DNA of 63,731 nucleotides, filler included, from Octopus bimaculoides (GCF_001194135.2; 4 parts of 4 records of this genome joined end to end with filler, not necessarily neighbours in it), one strand, 5' to 3'. Shown: positions 38,550-49,662, counted from the whole stretch's first letter. Program-made: numbers and translations. The notes: generated by a model not told the origin, from the letters alone.

Positions 38550-39570
38550 TTTGTAAACTTTCAACAAAACATACACCCCCAGGACATGCTGTGGAGTGTT
38601 TTCAGGACTTTGGGATTAATGGGCAGCTTCTGGTTGCCATGAAGTCCCTATACAAATGCCCAGATGGTGCTAAGCCAAAGGCTTTCATCATGGGTGTTAG
38701 ACTCAGCAGGAATATATATCATTACCTCTCTTCTTCATAGCTTTCATAACTGGATTAACATGTGCAGCAGTTGTGGAAATGGTATCACAATGATCGGGTT
38801 GGCTACCTGATATTTGAAGACAACATGGTGCTACTTGGTTCATCAGAAGATAATCTCCAGCATTCGTTGAATGGGTTAGCTGATATCTGACATGGAGCTA
38901 TGTGGCTCTTCAGAAAATGATGATCTCCAGCATTCATTGAATGGTTAAGCTGATATTTGCAGACGACATGGAATTTCTGTCATGAGTGTTGAATAATGAT
39001 CGAAAGAGCAGGATCGAGAATACGATCAGCCAAAATGGTTTTCCTCCGAAGGGTGTCTGTAGGAAAGTTATTCCACAAGGTGTGCAGCTCGGTGACCAGG
39101 GAGTCGCTACACGCTGTGCATCCACCGCTCCATATTGAGAAGTCACCTGTGCGGTAGTACGGACATGTAATTAAAATGTTGCAAGAAAGAGTCGTAAGAC
39201 GGATTCTTCAAGCTGAGCCAACTGGCAGGAGACCAAAAACAAGAAGGACCCTGTGGAGAAGGTGCTTGAGGACTCTACCCCCTCTGCAGATAGGAGACCA
39301 AGGGGTAGGCCAAGAATGAAATNNNNNNNNNNGTGCTTGAGGACTCTACCCCCTCTGCAGATAGGAGACCAAGGGGTAGGCCAAGAATGAAATGGTTGGA
39401 TAATATCCATAGCCTGTGTTGGTCATGCTTGGGAATTCGTATACAAGGTCTAATGACAGTTGCTTCTGGTAGGACCCTATGGCGGAGGTACTTGAGGACT
39501 CTGCCCCAACAACAAGTTGTGGACCTAGGGTAGACCAAGAAAGAGAGAGTTGGATAATATTGCGCATTAT
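38550..39570 (+). mobile_element. Rearranged RTE-clade LINE relic (RT and C-terminal region)
   Basis: RT-like FGINGQLLVAMKSLY, YLIFEDNMVLL (38811) and a duplicated LIFADDM (38950). Also MVFLRRVS, LHIEKS..YGHVIKM..RRILQAEPTGRRP and RPRGRPRMKWLDNI..DRTLWRR-type C-terminal motifs. Confidence 0.75.
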
Positions 39571-40212
39571 TGAACCATGGACAGAATCTCGCATCTTAGC
39601 TGTTGTTCTGCCTCACCATGCCATTAACCCACTGGTTTACTGGGTCCCCCACTTCTAGGTTCAGTAAAAAATGAGATATTTAAATCTAACACAACTTCAG
39701 ATCCTTATTGAGAATAGATTTAAATAAAAATCCCATTTTTAAGCTTGTTCTTGTTGCTGCTGAGACGACCTTCCGAATAAAGGTATTTATAATTAGTTCA
39801 ATAGCATTGCAAGGTGATAGAGGTTTCAATCTAAATTTAATTTAGATGAAAAATCTTAGACTCTGGTCTGACTTGAATCCACTACCAGATTATGCCGGAT
39901 GTCCTATCACTGCTTATTTATCTGTGTCTTTACTTACATTGGGTGCCCTGTTAATTTCTGTGGAAAATAAGATAACTAAATCTGCCACAGCATCAAATCA
40001 ATAATAAAAACTGATTTAAATATCTCATTCAGGTGTTGGTTTGATGACCTAATAGGTAAAGGTGTTAGTAATTTAACCAGCAGCAGAGGACATACTGGAG
40101 TTTCTGGCCAGGGTTTAATACCATCCTGAGCAGAGCCAAATGGTTTTTCACTTACTTTTTGTTTCTACATCTGCAAAAATGTAAAATTATATAATAATAA
40201 TAATAATAAATG

Positions 40213-40361
40213 TAGGAGTGGCTGTATGGTAAGAATCTTGCTTCCCAACCTTTCTGGGTTCAGTCCCACTGCTCGGCACCTTGGACAAGTCTTTCTCTGT
40301 AGGCTCAGACTGGCCAAAGACATGTGAGTGGATTTGGTAGACAGAAACTGAGAGAAGCCAG

Positions 40362-40362
<1 letters not shown>
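40213..40362 (+). mobile_element. SINE family B
   Basis: GTAGGAGTGGCTGTATGGTAAG..GGGTTCAGTCCCACTGC..GTGAGTGGATTTGGTAGAC. Confidence 0.75.
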
Positions 40363-40399
<37 letters not shown>

Positions 40400-40410
40400 G
40401 GAAAGATGAG

Positions 40411-40512
40411 ATATTTAAATCTATTTTTATTATTGATTGGACAAAATTATAGATTTAAGTAGATCATTTTTGAGTATCTCGTCCGATCAATAATAAAAAT
40501 AGATTTAAATAT
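40411..40512. repeat. AT-rich inverted repeat, 32-bp arms, 38-nt loop
   Basis: ATATTTAAATCTATTTTTATTATTGATTGGAC (40411-42) versus 40481-40512, with 1 mismatch. Confidence 0.9.
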
Positions 40513-41291
40513 TTTGGACGAAATTATAGGAAGTAAGAGTGAGAGAAAATTGCGGTAAAAGATTACAGCAGGGTTCGCCACCATCCCCTGCTGGAGCCTC
40601 GTGGAACTTTAGGNNNNNNNNNNNNNNNNNNNNNNNNNNNNNNNNNNNNNNNNNNNNNNNNNNNNNNNNNNNNNNNNNNNNNNNNNNNNNNNNNNNNNNN
40701 NNNNNNNNNNNNNTTACGTGCCACCTGCACAGGAGCCAGTCCAGCGGTACTGGCAACGATCTCCTGGGGTCCTGGGGTCGATTTACTCGACTAAAGGCGG
40801 TGCTCCAGCATGGCATTTCGTCCGTTCTGAGTTCAAATTCCGCCGACATCGAATTTACCTTTCATCCCTTCGCGATCGATGAAAACAAGCACCAGTCGAG
40901 CCTGGCCTTGTGCTAAATTATGAACCGAATATTTATGCCCACTCTCAAACCTGTTAAAACAAGCTATAAGTTACTATGAGAGAACAAAATCGTCCACGTT
41001 TAAGTGAGTCTAAATATAACAGGTGAACAGAGGGTTAATGGCGATTTAGGAGTGTCTTTTGTCAACGTTTTTGTGTTTTTAATCCCTTCACCTTCACCTC
41101 CACCTCCATTCTCCATGCTTACAAATATTCTGCAAACAACATCGGTCGAAGGATTGCCTGGCATTTGAAGTGTCCTTTGTTTTGTTTCTTTTCAATTCTA
41201 TTACGTTTAAAAAAAATAACCAATAAAATCAGTAAAGCTCCGGAGTTGATTGTGTTCCCATTATCCGACAATCCTTTAAAAATGCTCTGTT

Positions 41292-41323
41292 TATAAAAGC
41301 TTTGGTTAAACGACAAGTCAGTC
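41292..41323 (+). promoter_or_regulatory. Core promoter of the vanin-like gene: TATA box plus initiator
   Basis: TATAAAA at 41292-98 and TCAGTC at 41318-23 put the Inr A (41320) 28 nt after the first TATA T and 78 nt before the ATG. Confidence 0.65.
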
Positions 41324-41397
41324 GTTCATAGTGAAGTTGGGCTTTCACTAAAAGGACTCGAGAGGTTGCAAAGATCCACAACAAACATATTTCTAAA

Positions 41398-41598
41398 ATG
41401 AATTTCGTGTATACTGTTCTTTTTTTCTTACAACTACCCATGTTGCTGTCTGCGGAGAAAACTTTTACGGCCGCAGTTTTTGAACCGACTATACCAAGCA
41501 GGTCGCCAATGGGTTTCGTTTCGCGTTACAATGCCGTTGAACAAATGAAAAATGTCCTGAATGGATATGCTGACGTTGCTGCAAATGCCAGCGAAAAG
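41398..41598 (+). CDS. Vanin/biotinidase-family amidohydrolase, coding exon 1 (67 aa)
   Basis: MNFVYTVLFFLQLPMLLSA (signal-peptide-like), then EKTFTAAVFE (cf. vanin TFTAAVYE). Phase-0 donor AAG|GTTTGT at 41598/99. Confidence 0.9.
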
Positions 41599-43508
41599 GT
41601 TTGTAAATATCTTACAGAAAGTATTTTACGAATGCAGTCCTTTGATATGAAACAAAACATTAATAGGCGATCTTACGGTACGAGTCCTAAATATCGGCCT
41701 TTAAGATCGCCCCATTAATATATTATGATAATAAGTTTCATTCTTGCATACATTAATTTATTACTAAATAAGTACGTTTATATGTTTATATGTATATGTG
41801 TGGGTGTGTGTGTAGTGTCCGCGCTTGTGTGTGTATGTCTGTGTGCGTACTGCTGTCGCTCAACATGCTAGAAACAGCAGCTACGTTCCCCATCAATATA
41901 TAAATTTCATTATCAAAAATCCATCTAAAAGAAACTACACGCTATTTTAAAGAAGACCCTGAAAAAAAAAACGGGATGGTCGTGGATGGACTACTGGTCT
42001 GCTCGACTAGTGACAGACTCGTCTAAAAAAAAAAAAAAATCTGTCGATCTGAAAGATAAATCAAATCACCAATTGGAAACGACCAGTAAATCTATTGTTG
42101 TTGTTACACACACACACACACATGTATATATATATATATATATNNNNNNNNNNNNNNNNNNNNNNNNNNNNNNNNNNNNNNNNNNNNNNNNNNNNNNNNN
42201 NNNNNNNNNNNNNNNNNNNNNNNNNNNNNNNNNNNNNNNNNNNNNNNNNNNNNNNNNNNNNNNNNNNNNNNNNNNNNNNNNNNNNNNNNNNNNNNNNNNN
42301 NNNNNNNNNNNNNNNNNNNNNNNNNNNNNNNNNNNNNNNNNNNNNNNNNNNNNNNNNNNNNNNNNNNNNNNNNNNNNNNNNNNNNNNNNNNNNNNNNNNN
42401 NNNNNNNNNNNNNNNNNNNNNNNNNNNNNNNNNNNNNNNNNNNNNNNNNNNNNNNNNNNNNNNNNNNNNNNNNNNNNNNNNNNNNNNNNNNNNNNNNNNN
42501 NNNNNNNNNNNNNNNNNNNNNNNNNNNNNNNNNNNNNNNNNNNNNNNNNNNNNNNNNNNNNNNNNNNNNNNNNNNNNNNNNNNNNNNNNNNNNNNNNNNN
42601 NNNNNNNNNNNNNNNNNNNNNNNNNNNNNNNNNNNNNNNNNNNNNNNNNNNNNNNNNNNNNNNNNNNNNNNNNNNNNNNNNNNNNNNNNNNNNNNNNNNN
42701 NNNNNNNNNNNNNNNNNNNNNNNNNNNNNNNNNNNNNNNNNNNNNNNNNNNNNNNNNNNNNNNNNNNNNNNNNNNNNNNNNNNNNNNNNNNNNNNNNNNN
42801 NNNNNNNNNNNNNNNNNNNNNNNNNNNNNNNNNNNNNNNNNNNNNNNNNNNNNNNNNNNNNNNNNNNNNNNNNNNNNNNNNNNNNNNNNNNNNNNNNNNN
42901 NNNNNNNNNNNNNNNNNNNNNNNNNNNNNNNNNNNNNNNNNNNNNNNNNNNNNNNNNNNNNNNNNNNNNNNNNNNNNNNNNNNNNNNNNNNNNNNNNNNN
43001 NNNNNNNNNNNNNNNNNNNNNNNNNNNNNNNNNNNNNNNNNNNNNNNNNNNNNNNNATATATATATATATATATATATAATCCAAGAGAGTTAGGGGTTG
43101 AGGATCCAACCCACTAAGGGATAGTATCTATCCTTTTATACTGCTGGGAGGGTACTCAATTATTGTTACACTAGTGTTATACCAAGTGTAATAAGTGGGT
43201 GCGGGTAAATGGGGGTTATTTTATACACACACACACATATTTTGCTTTTGGAGGTTCAAACTTCCAATTCCTTTTACTGAACTTTGAAAAACTGAAAGCC
43301 CACTGCAATAGGTGTGTGAAATATGTGAATGAATCTGAGAGGGGAATATATTGGATAAAATCATAATTAACTGATTCCTCCTGTATTTTCTTTTACCCAA
43401 AGCCAGGAACTTTTCAACACCCCCTTGCATAAATATATATACATGTGCGTATGTATGTATGTATGTTATTTTTGTTATTGATGTGTCATATGACATTTAT
43501 ATTTTCAG

Positions 43509-44864
43509 GGTGTGGATATTTTGGTGTTTCCTGAAAACGGCCTCATCGCACATTTGGACTATGTCACTCGTCTTGGTATTAGGAGCTTTCTCGATACTAT
43601 ACCAGAGCCTAACAAAGAGAAACCGTGGATTCCATGTGACGAACCTGATCTCTATCCAAGAACAGAAATTCAGGAAGCTATTAGCTGCATTGCCAAGAAG
43701 AACAAGATTTATCTTGTAATCAATGTTGGAGACATGCAACCCTGCAATCGTACAGATGCAAACTGCCCTTACGATGGACGTTACCAATACAACACAAATG
43801 TTGTCTATTCATCTGAAGGTGCTCTTGTTTCCAGATATCACAAGAAACATCTTTTTTATGAGCCTTATTACAACTCCCCCAAGACTGCAGAATATGGAGT
43901 GTTCGATACCCCGTTTGGCCGTTTTGCAAGCATTGTATGTTTTGATATCTACTTCAATGACACGCTAAATGAATTAATAAAGAAACATCAAGTTTCAAAT
44001 ATTCTTTTTCCAAATCTATGGTTCGATACGCCTCCTTTCTTTTTAGCATCCTTATTCCACAATTCGATTGCCAAAGCCTTTAATATAAACCTCATTTCTG
44101 CAAATATCAAAATAAAAAATTTCGTACGAGGCGGAAGTGGAATTTACACACCCTCAGTAAATCGTTATATATATAAACCCTTAAACCTTGCTCCTTCGGA
44201 TGAATATATTCAGTTACAAGTTAAAAATCTTGGGAAGTCAGAAAGAAAATTTCCTTGGCCACCAAAACGTGCAGTTCCCAAATCAGACAACCCCGATGTT
44301 AAAATTGCACGTATGACAAAACTGTTCTCTGTATCTGCTGTGTTACTTCAGAAGGATTCAGGCGTTGTTAGCGTGTGTAAATACAATGCATGTTGTTCGC
44401 TTCAATATGAATTCACGTCTAACAGAACTTCTGCGTTTAAAATCAACTATATTTTAGCAATCGGCAACGAGAAAACTGTCGATCTCACTAATCCAGAGGG
44501 TGTAGATATGCAATCATGCATTTTATGTCCAATCAAAAATGAAAAAATATCATGTTTGATGTCTTTACCGGCTGGTATCCCCGATGGAGATGTTAGCTTT
44601 CGCAAATTAAAGATGACAGCTCACAATTTTAATACTTCTTATTTTTTCCCCCATATTGCCACTTTTAATTCAAGTACTTATGATATCAATACATCTTGGA
44701 AGCACGACAGAGGAGAAATAGAAATTACAGAACCTGTTGACAAGATTTTTAATGCTGTTATATTTGGAAGATTGTATCCCAATTCTTCCACAGCCACATT
44801 TGCAGTATTTCCAGCCATTCTAATAATCTTGTTAAATTTAATATCAAAGGAACTACTTCTTTAA
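43509..44864 (+). CDS. Vanin/biotinidase-family amidohydrolase, coding exon 2 (451 aa + stop; total 518 aa)
   Basis: Acceptor TTTTCAG|GGT. Nitrilase-fold triad: FPE (E76, 43533), RYHKKHLF (K179, 43842), VCFDIYF (C211, 43938). YQYNTNVVY, FDTPFG and FGRLY family motifs, and a hydrophobic GPI-signal-like C-terminus. AATAAA at 45013, 45017 and 45151. Orthology to VNN versus BTD is not resolved, so no symbol is given. Confidence 0.93.
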   Translation, partial: GVDILVFPENGLIAHLDYVTRLGIRSFLDTIPEPNKEKPWIPCDEPDLYPRTEIQEAISCIAKKNKIYLVINVGDMQPCNRTDANCPYDGRYQYNTNVVYSSEGALVSRYHKKHLFYEPYYNSPKTAEYGVFDTPFGRFASIVCFDIYFNDTLNELIKKHQVSNILFPNLWFDTPPFFLASLFHNSIAKAFNINLISANIKIKNFVRGGSGIYTPSVNRYIYKPLNLAPSDEYIQLQVKNLGKSERKFPWPPKRAVPKSDNPDVKIARMTKLFSVSAVLLQKDSGVVSVCKYNACCSLQYEFTSNRTSAFKINYILAIGNEKTVDLTNPEGVDMQSCILCPIKNEKISCLMSLPAGIPDGDVSFRKLKMTAHNFNTSYFFPHIATFNSSTYDINTSWKHDRGEIEITEPVDKIFNAVIFGRLYPNSSTATFAVFPAILIILLNLISKELLL

Positions 44865-45242
44865 GATATTTCCCCTTCTTTTCCTCCTCACGCTCAACTG
44901 CATTTTTGTGGAACTTCCTTGAAGATGGTTTTATTCTATCTCCTGATCTTCAAGACAAAACAAAACTTATGTACATGACACGTGTTAACTGTAACATTCG
45001 ACTTTCGAAAATAATAAATAAAATATATTGAGAATTAAGTATCACATAGTTATCCCCCCTTCACCGTATTTCGAAAAGTATGAAAATGTTATGGACACTG
45101 TCTCCAAATTTACTAAAAATAAGAAACATCATTTGTTTTATTCATTAATCAATAAAATCCATATGCTCTTAATCATACTTGTTGTTGATTTCTCTATATT
45201 CAATGTTAAAACAATTTTCAAGGTAATATTTTCAAGTGACTA

Positions 45243-45568
45243 GAGCGGTGAGCTGGCAGGAACGTTAGCGGTACTAGTTACGCACTGGGGTACATATAAT
45301 CGGCTTAATCCGTTTGTCTGTCCTTGTTTGTCCCCTCTGTGTGTAGCCCCTTGTGGGCAGTAAAGAAATAAGAAACGTTAGCATGCCGGGCGAAATGCTT
45401 AGCGGTATTTCGTCTGTCTTTACGTTCTGAGTTCAAATTCCGCCGAGGTCGACTTTGCCTTTCATCCTTTCGGGGTCGATAAATTAAGTACTAGTTGCGT
45501 ACTGGGGTCGATCTAATCGACTGGAATCCTCCCCCAAAATTTCGGGCCTTGTGCCTTAAGTAGAAAAG

Positions 45569-45614
<46 letters not shown>
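45243..45614 (+). mobile_element. Dimeric SINE family A with internally deleted left monomer and (TTA)n tail
   Basis: Same head, linker (..TAGCCCCTTGTGGGCAGTAAAGAAATA) and right monomer as 956-1364. Confidence 0.85.
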
Positions 45615-45615
<1 letters not shown>

Positions 45616-46679
45616 GAATGTCATATCGTATGTAAATATTTATGCGGATGTGTGAATAGCGAACGTGGAGATATAATGATTACATAAATTACGCAACTAC
45701 GTTGTCATAGGTCTCGTATGAAATACGAAAATAAAATAGCATCTTCAAAGCACCACGCTTCTCCCTGTCCGGGAATCGAACACACGTCGTGATACTGAGA
45801 GTCCGTCACCCTAAGCACTAAGCCACGCTCCTTCGACGTTCTCCATGTCACCTGACCTAAACTGACCAATGACGATCCAGTATTTCCTTCGCCGCCGTCA
45901 CACTCCGTCAATTTCTATTTACTTGTCGTCGCCATTTCTCTCAACGCTTCAGACGTGACCATCGCCTCTAATGTTTGTTGTTTATACATTCGAAGGTCCT
46001 TCCTCCTCCAAGTAGGTTTTCTATTTTGGTCTCCTTTCATTTATCTGTGTTTTTCTTGTCTTCGTTGGCGTTTGATCTCTCATTAATCAACGTAACATCC
46101 CACAACAACAACGTTGATCATGAGTCTGCTCAGTCAGACATAGCGGCCTGGGGGTTAAATAACAACGACCAGATGGGAGATCAACGTGCTCGCTTGATCT
46201 TCTAGAAATAGCAGTCGAACTCATTTCAAGTTACACATTCGATGTTCGTAACTGAAGGCTATATTTCATAATGTATTCCTAGATACACTGTGGTCGTGGG
46301 AAGGGCGGAACTGTCATTGATCATAAGTCTGCGGTTCAATCCGGATCGACCTAGGGTTAACCAACAACAACGAGACCGTACCTCTACGTGGTTTTTTCTT
46401 TTGTTAGCCTTCCAGAAACTGTAGCTAAATCTACCTCAAATCACACATTTCAGTCTGGAAAAATTAAAGACTATTTTGATCATGTTAGTCCTAGATACTG
46501 TGGCAGATGGTACAATGGAATTGGCATGTATGGAATGTCTTTCATCATAGATTCTGCTCAGAGATGTCCAGGGGTTGTTTATAAAATGAACAAATAATTT
46601 ATTAACTGATCTTAAATCCTCAGCTGATACTTCACGCAATATCATACCACACATTTTGTATTTTGTACACACATCTCTA

Positions 46680-46833
46680 GGTAATTTTTCAGATTAACAC
46701 CCGCACGATTACCTAACCCTAACACCTTAACCCTAAAACCCTAACCGTAACCCTAAAACCGTAATCCTGATCCTAAAACCCTAACCCTAACACCCTAGTG
46801 AAAATCGTGCGGGTGTTAATCTGAAAAATTACC
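46680..46833. mobile_element. 154-bp MITE with perfect 31-bp TIRs, 8-bp TSD and internal telomeric repeats (Merlin-like)
   Basis: TIR GGTAATTTTTCAGATTAACACCCGCACGATT at 46680-46710 and 46803-46833. TSD CATCTCTA at 46672-79 and 46834-41. Six exact CCCTAA units inside. Confidence 0.9.
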
Positions 46834-47210
46834 CATCTCTATAGGTGCAGGTGTAGTTGTGTGAGAAGTTTGCTTCCCGATTACATGTTCCTAGGTTCAA
46901 TCTGGGCAAATGTCTTCTGCTACAGTCCCAGGCCGATCTAAGCCTTTGTGAGTGATTTTGGTTTGCTGGAAACTGAAAGCTTGTCATGTAGTGGGTAGGA
47001 CAAAATTAGTAATCGGGGCAAAATGAGTAACTTCTGATTTCTCGTTATTTTTTTTACCCCCTACCAGTTTGAAATTATTACATTTCAAAGGCGATCTGTA
47101 TCATCTTTCGTTTTTTTTTTTAAAACTATTGCATCAATTTTAGGAGTAAAAATTGGTTAGAACAGTTATTGTTGAAGTTAAGAGAGTCCGAAACATAGTC
47201 AGGTAGCAGG

Positions 47211-47675
47211 TACTCTTACTTGTTTCAGTCATTTAACTGCGGCCATGCTGGAGCACCGCCTTTAGTCGAGCTGATCGACAAGCAATGTTAAATCTCTGAA
47301 CGAGGTATAAACAGTAACTGCACGACAACGTGAAGTATATTTGCCACTTAAATGCGGCTAAACCCTAAGGGTGAATGTTACTGTTGCTTTTAGCCCCAGG
47401 AGAACATCTCCTCCAGTTTACGTCCCCTTACCTTAGCGGTTCGGCAAAAGAAAGACCGATAGANNNNNNNNNNAGGGTGAATGTTACTGTTGCTTTTAGC
47501 CCCAGGAGAACATCTCCTCCAGTTTACGTCCCCTTACCTTAGCGGTTCGGCAAAAGAAAGACCGATAGAATATGTACTAGGCTTACAAAGAATAAGTCCT
47601 AGGGTTGATTTGCTCGACTAAAGGCGGTGCTCCAGCATGGCCACAGTCAATTGACTGAAGCAAGTAAAGAGAGTA
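47211..47675. mobile_element. Inverted pair of SINE family B tails upstream of the ZNF gene
   Basis: 47211-47271 (-) and 47612-47675 (+) share 31 perfectly complementary bases, GCTCGACTAAAGGCGGTGCTCCAGCATGGCC, plus further near-matches. Confidence 0.8.
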
Positions 47676-48126
47676 TAGATGTGTAAAATTTGCAATTTTC
47701 TTTCACGATGTTTCAAGTATCTTCTCTCTTGTTTACGCTGTTTTTCTATCGTTTCAGAATACCAGATGACACCGGAATTAGAGGAATTTTTATCTGGGAT
47801 TTATCATCATCATTTACCATCATTTGGGAAGATGTTTTGTGGAACTGATATAAACCTGTGCTTATAAATCTCCGATAGAGTTACTGTAACATGTTTCCTC
47901 TGTCTGGGACTATTAGCAACATTTCTCTGCTTCAATGTTTGGAATATGTACGGAATGGTTTTGCAGTTTGATTAAAATTGGAGTTACACAGAACTTAGCT
48001 GCATCGAGAATTCTTGACTGAGGTTAGCGCTGCTGGAGATGTAAGAGGAGAAATATTTGTGAAGAATAAGGTGTAAGAGCTAACAGAAGCAAAACATCTG
48101 TGTATTGTGGTGAGAGAAAAGTAATT

Positions 48127-49662
48127 ATGGAAAACGAATTGTGTATGGAGAGTGTTAAATGCGAAACAGAGCCTGTAAGGAATGATATTCCTGATGAAGT
48201 ACCAAAAACGAAGGGGAAACCATCGTATTATTGTGATTTTTGTGAAAAACGCTTTACTCACAAAGGCAACTATGCTGCTCACCGACGTGTTCATACAGGA
48301 GAGAAGCCATATCACTGTGATATCTGTGGGAAATCGTTCTGTAAAGGAAGTCATTTGACCAGGCATAGACATGTTCATACGGGTGAGAAACCGTATCAGT
48401 GTGATATCTGTGGTAAATCATTCTCTGTGGGGCCTAACTTAACGAGGCACAAACGCATTCATACAGGAGAGAAACCATATCACTGTCCTATCTGTGGTGC
48501 CACATTCTCCGAAGGAGGGAACTTGATTCGACACAAACGTATTCATACAGGAGAGAAGCCATATGTCTGTGATATCTGTGGTAAGTCGTTCTCAATAAAA
48601 GGCGATTTAACTAGACATAAACGCATTCATACAGGAGAGAGACCATATTACTGTGGTGTTTGTGGTAAATCATTTTCAACAAACGGTGATTTAACCAGAC
48701 ACAATCGTATTCATACAGGGGAAAGACCGTTTCACTGTGTAATCTGTGGTAAATCATTCTCTCGAAATGAAGAGTTGACTATTCACAAACGCATCCATAC
48801 GGGAGAGAAACCATATCACTGTGATATCTGTGGGAAGGCGTTCTCTGAAGGAAGTCACTTAAAGACACATAAACACACCCATACAGGTGAGAAACCGTAT
48901 GAGTGTGACACTTGTGGTAAATCATTCTCTCAAAATTATCGCTTGACTAAACACAAGCTCGTTCATGCTGCAGAAAAACCAGACGGCTGTGATAAGGGTG
49001 ATGAATGTTTCTCTGCGAAAAATCAGGTAGCTACACCTGAATATGTCAACAAAGGAGAGAAACCATATTTCTGTGACGTCTGTGGCAAATCGTTTTCTGC
49101 CACATTCTATTTAACTAGACACATCCGCATTCATACAGGAGAGAAGCCATACCACTGTGACATCTGTGGCAAAGCATTTTCTGTGATAAGTAATTTGACT
49201 GGACATAAACGTATTCATACAGGGGAGAAACCATATTGCTGTAATGTCTGTGGTAAATCGTTCTCAATAATTAGTAATTTGACTGGGCACAAACGCATCC
49301 ATACAGGTGAAAAGCCGTACCGCTGTGATGTGTGTGGTAAATCATTCTCTGTAGTCAGTAACCTAACTATTCACAAGCGTATTCATACGGGAGAGAAACG
49401 ACATCACTGTGAAGTCTGTGATAAATCATTTTCTCAAAGAAGCCATTTAATCACACATACATACACTCATACAGGAGAGAGGCCCTTTCACTGTGAAATC
49501 TGTGGTAAATCTTTCTCTTCGGGAAGTCACTTAACTAAACACAATCGTATTCATACGGGTGAGAAGCCCTATCACTGTGATATCTGCGGTAAATCGTTCT
49601 CTCGAAATACTTACTTAACGAAACACAAGAACACTCATTCAGAAGAAGAACTTTATAACTGA
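48127..49662 (+). CDS. Tandem C2H2 zinc-finger protein, 511 aa, single coding exon
   Basis: First in-frame ATG after the TAA at 48067-69. Seventeen 28-aa units from 48226 with TGEKP-type linkers: 16 intact CX2CX12HX3H fingers and a degenerate unit 10. No KRAB/SCAN/BTB-like domain is visible. A probable 5'-UTR acceptor TTTTGCAG ends at 47966. Confidence 0.93.
   Translation: MENELCMESVKCETEPVRNDIPDEVPKTKGKPSYYCDFCEKRFTHKGNYAAHRRVHTGEKPYHCDICGKSFCKGSHLTRHRHVHTGEKPYQCDICGKSFSVGPNLTRHKRIHTGEKPYHCPICGATFSEGGNLIRHKRIHTGEKPYVCDICGKSFSIKGDLTRHKRIHTGERPYYCGVCGKSFSTNGDLTRHNRIHTGERPFHCVICGKSFSRNEELTIHKRIHTGEKPYHCDICGKAFSEGSHLKTHKHTHTGEKPYECDTCGKSFSQNYRLTKHKLVHAAEKPDGCDKGDECFSAKNQVATPEYVNKGEKPYFCDVCGKSFSATFYLTRHIRIHTGEKPYHCDICGKAFSVISNLTGHKRIHTGEKPYCCNVCGKSFSIISNLTGHKRIHTGEKPYRCDVCGKSFSVVSNLTIHKRIHTGEKRHHCEVCDKSFSQRSHLITHTYTHTGERPFHCEICGKSFSSGSHLTKHNRIHTGEKPYHCDICGKSFSRNTYLTKHKNTHSEEELYN

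Noticed and set aside
39260-39400. Tandem duplication around a 10-N gap (also 47368-47570)
   Set aside because: Near-identical sequence on both sides of a minimal gap is the signature of unmerged overlapping contig ends.
41398-44864. Vanin-like gene as a processed retrocopy or pseudogene
   Set aside because: It keeps an intron at a position I recall as conserved, has an intact frame and triad, and has its own promoter elements.
48100-48126. ZNF start at 48100 as given in the track
   Set aside because: That codon is GTG; the first ATG in frame is at 48127.
47995-48378. 127-aa antisense ORF over the ZNF start (also antisense ORFs over vanin and MCM4 exons)
   Set aside because: Shadow frames of real coding sequence.
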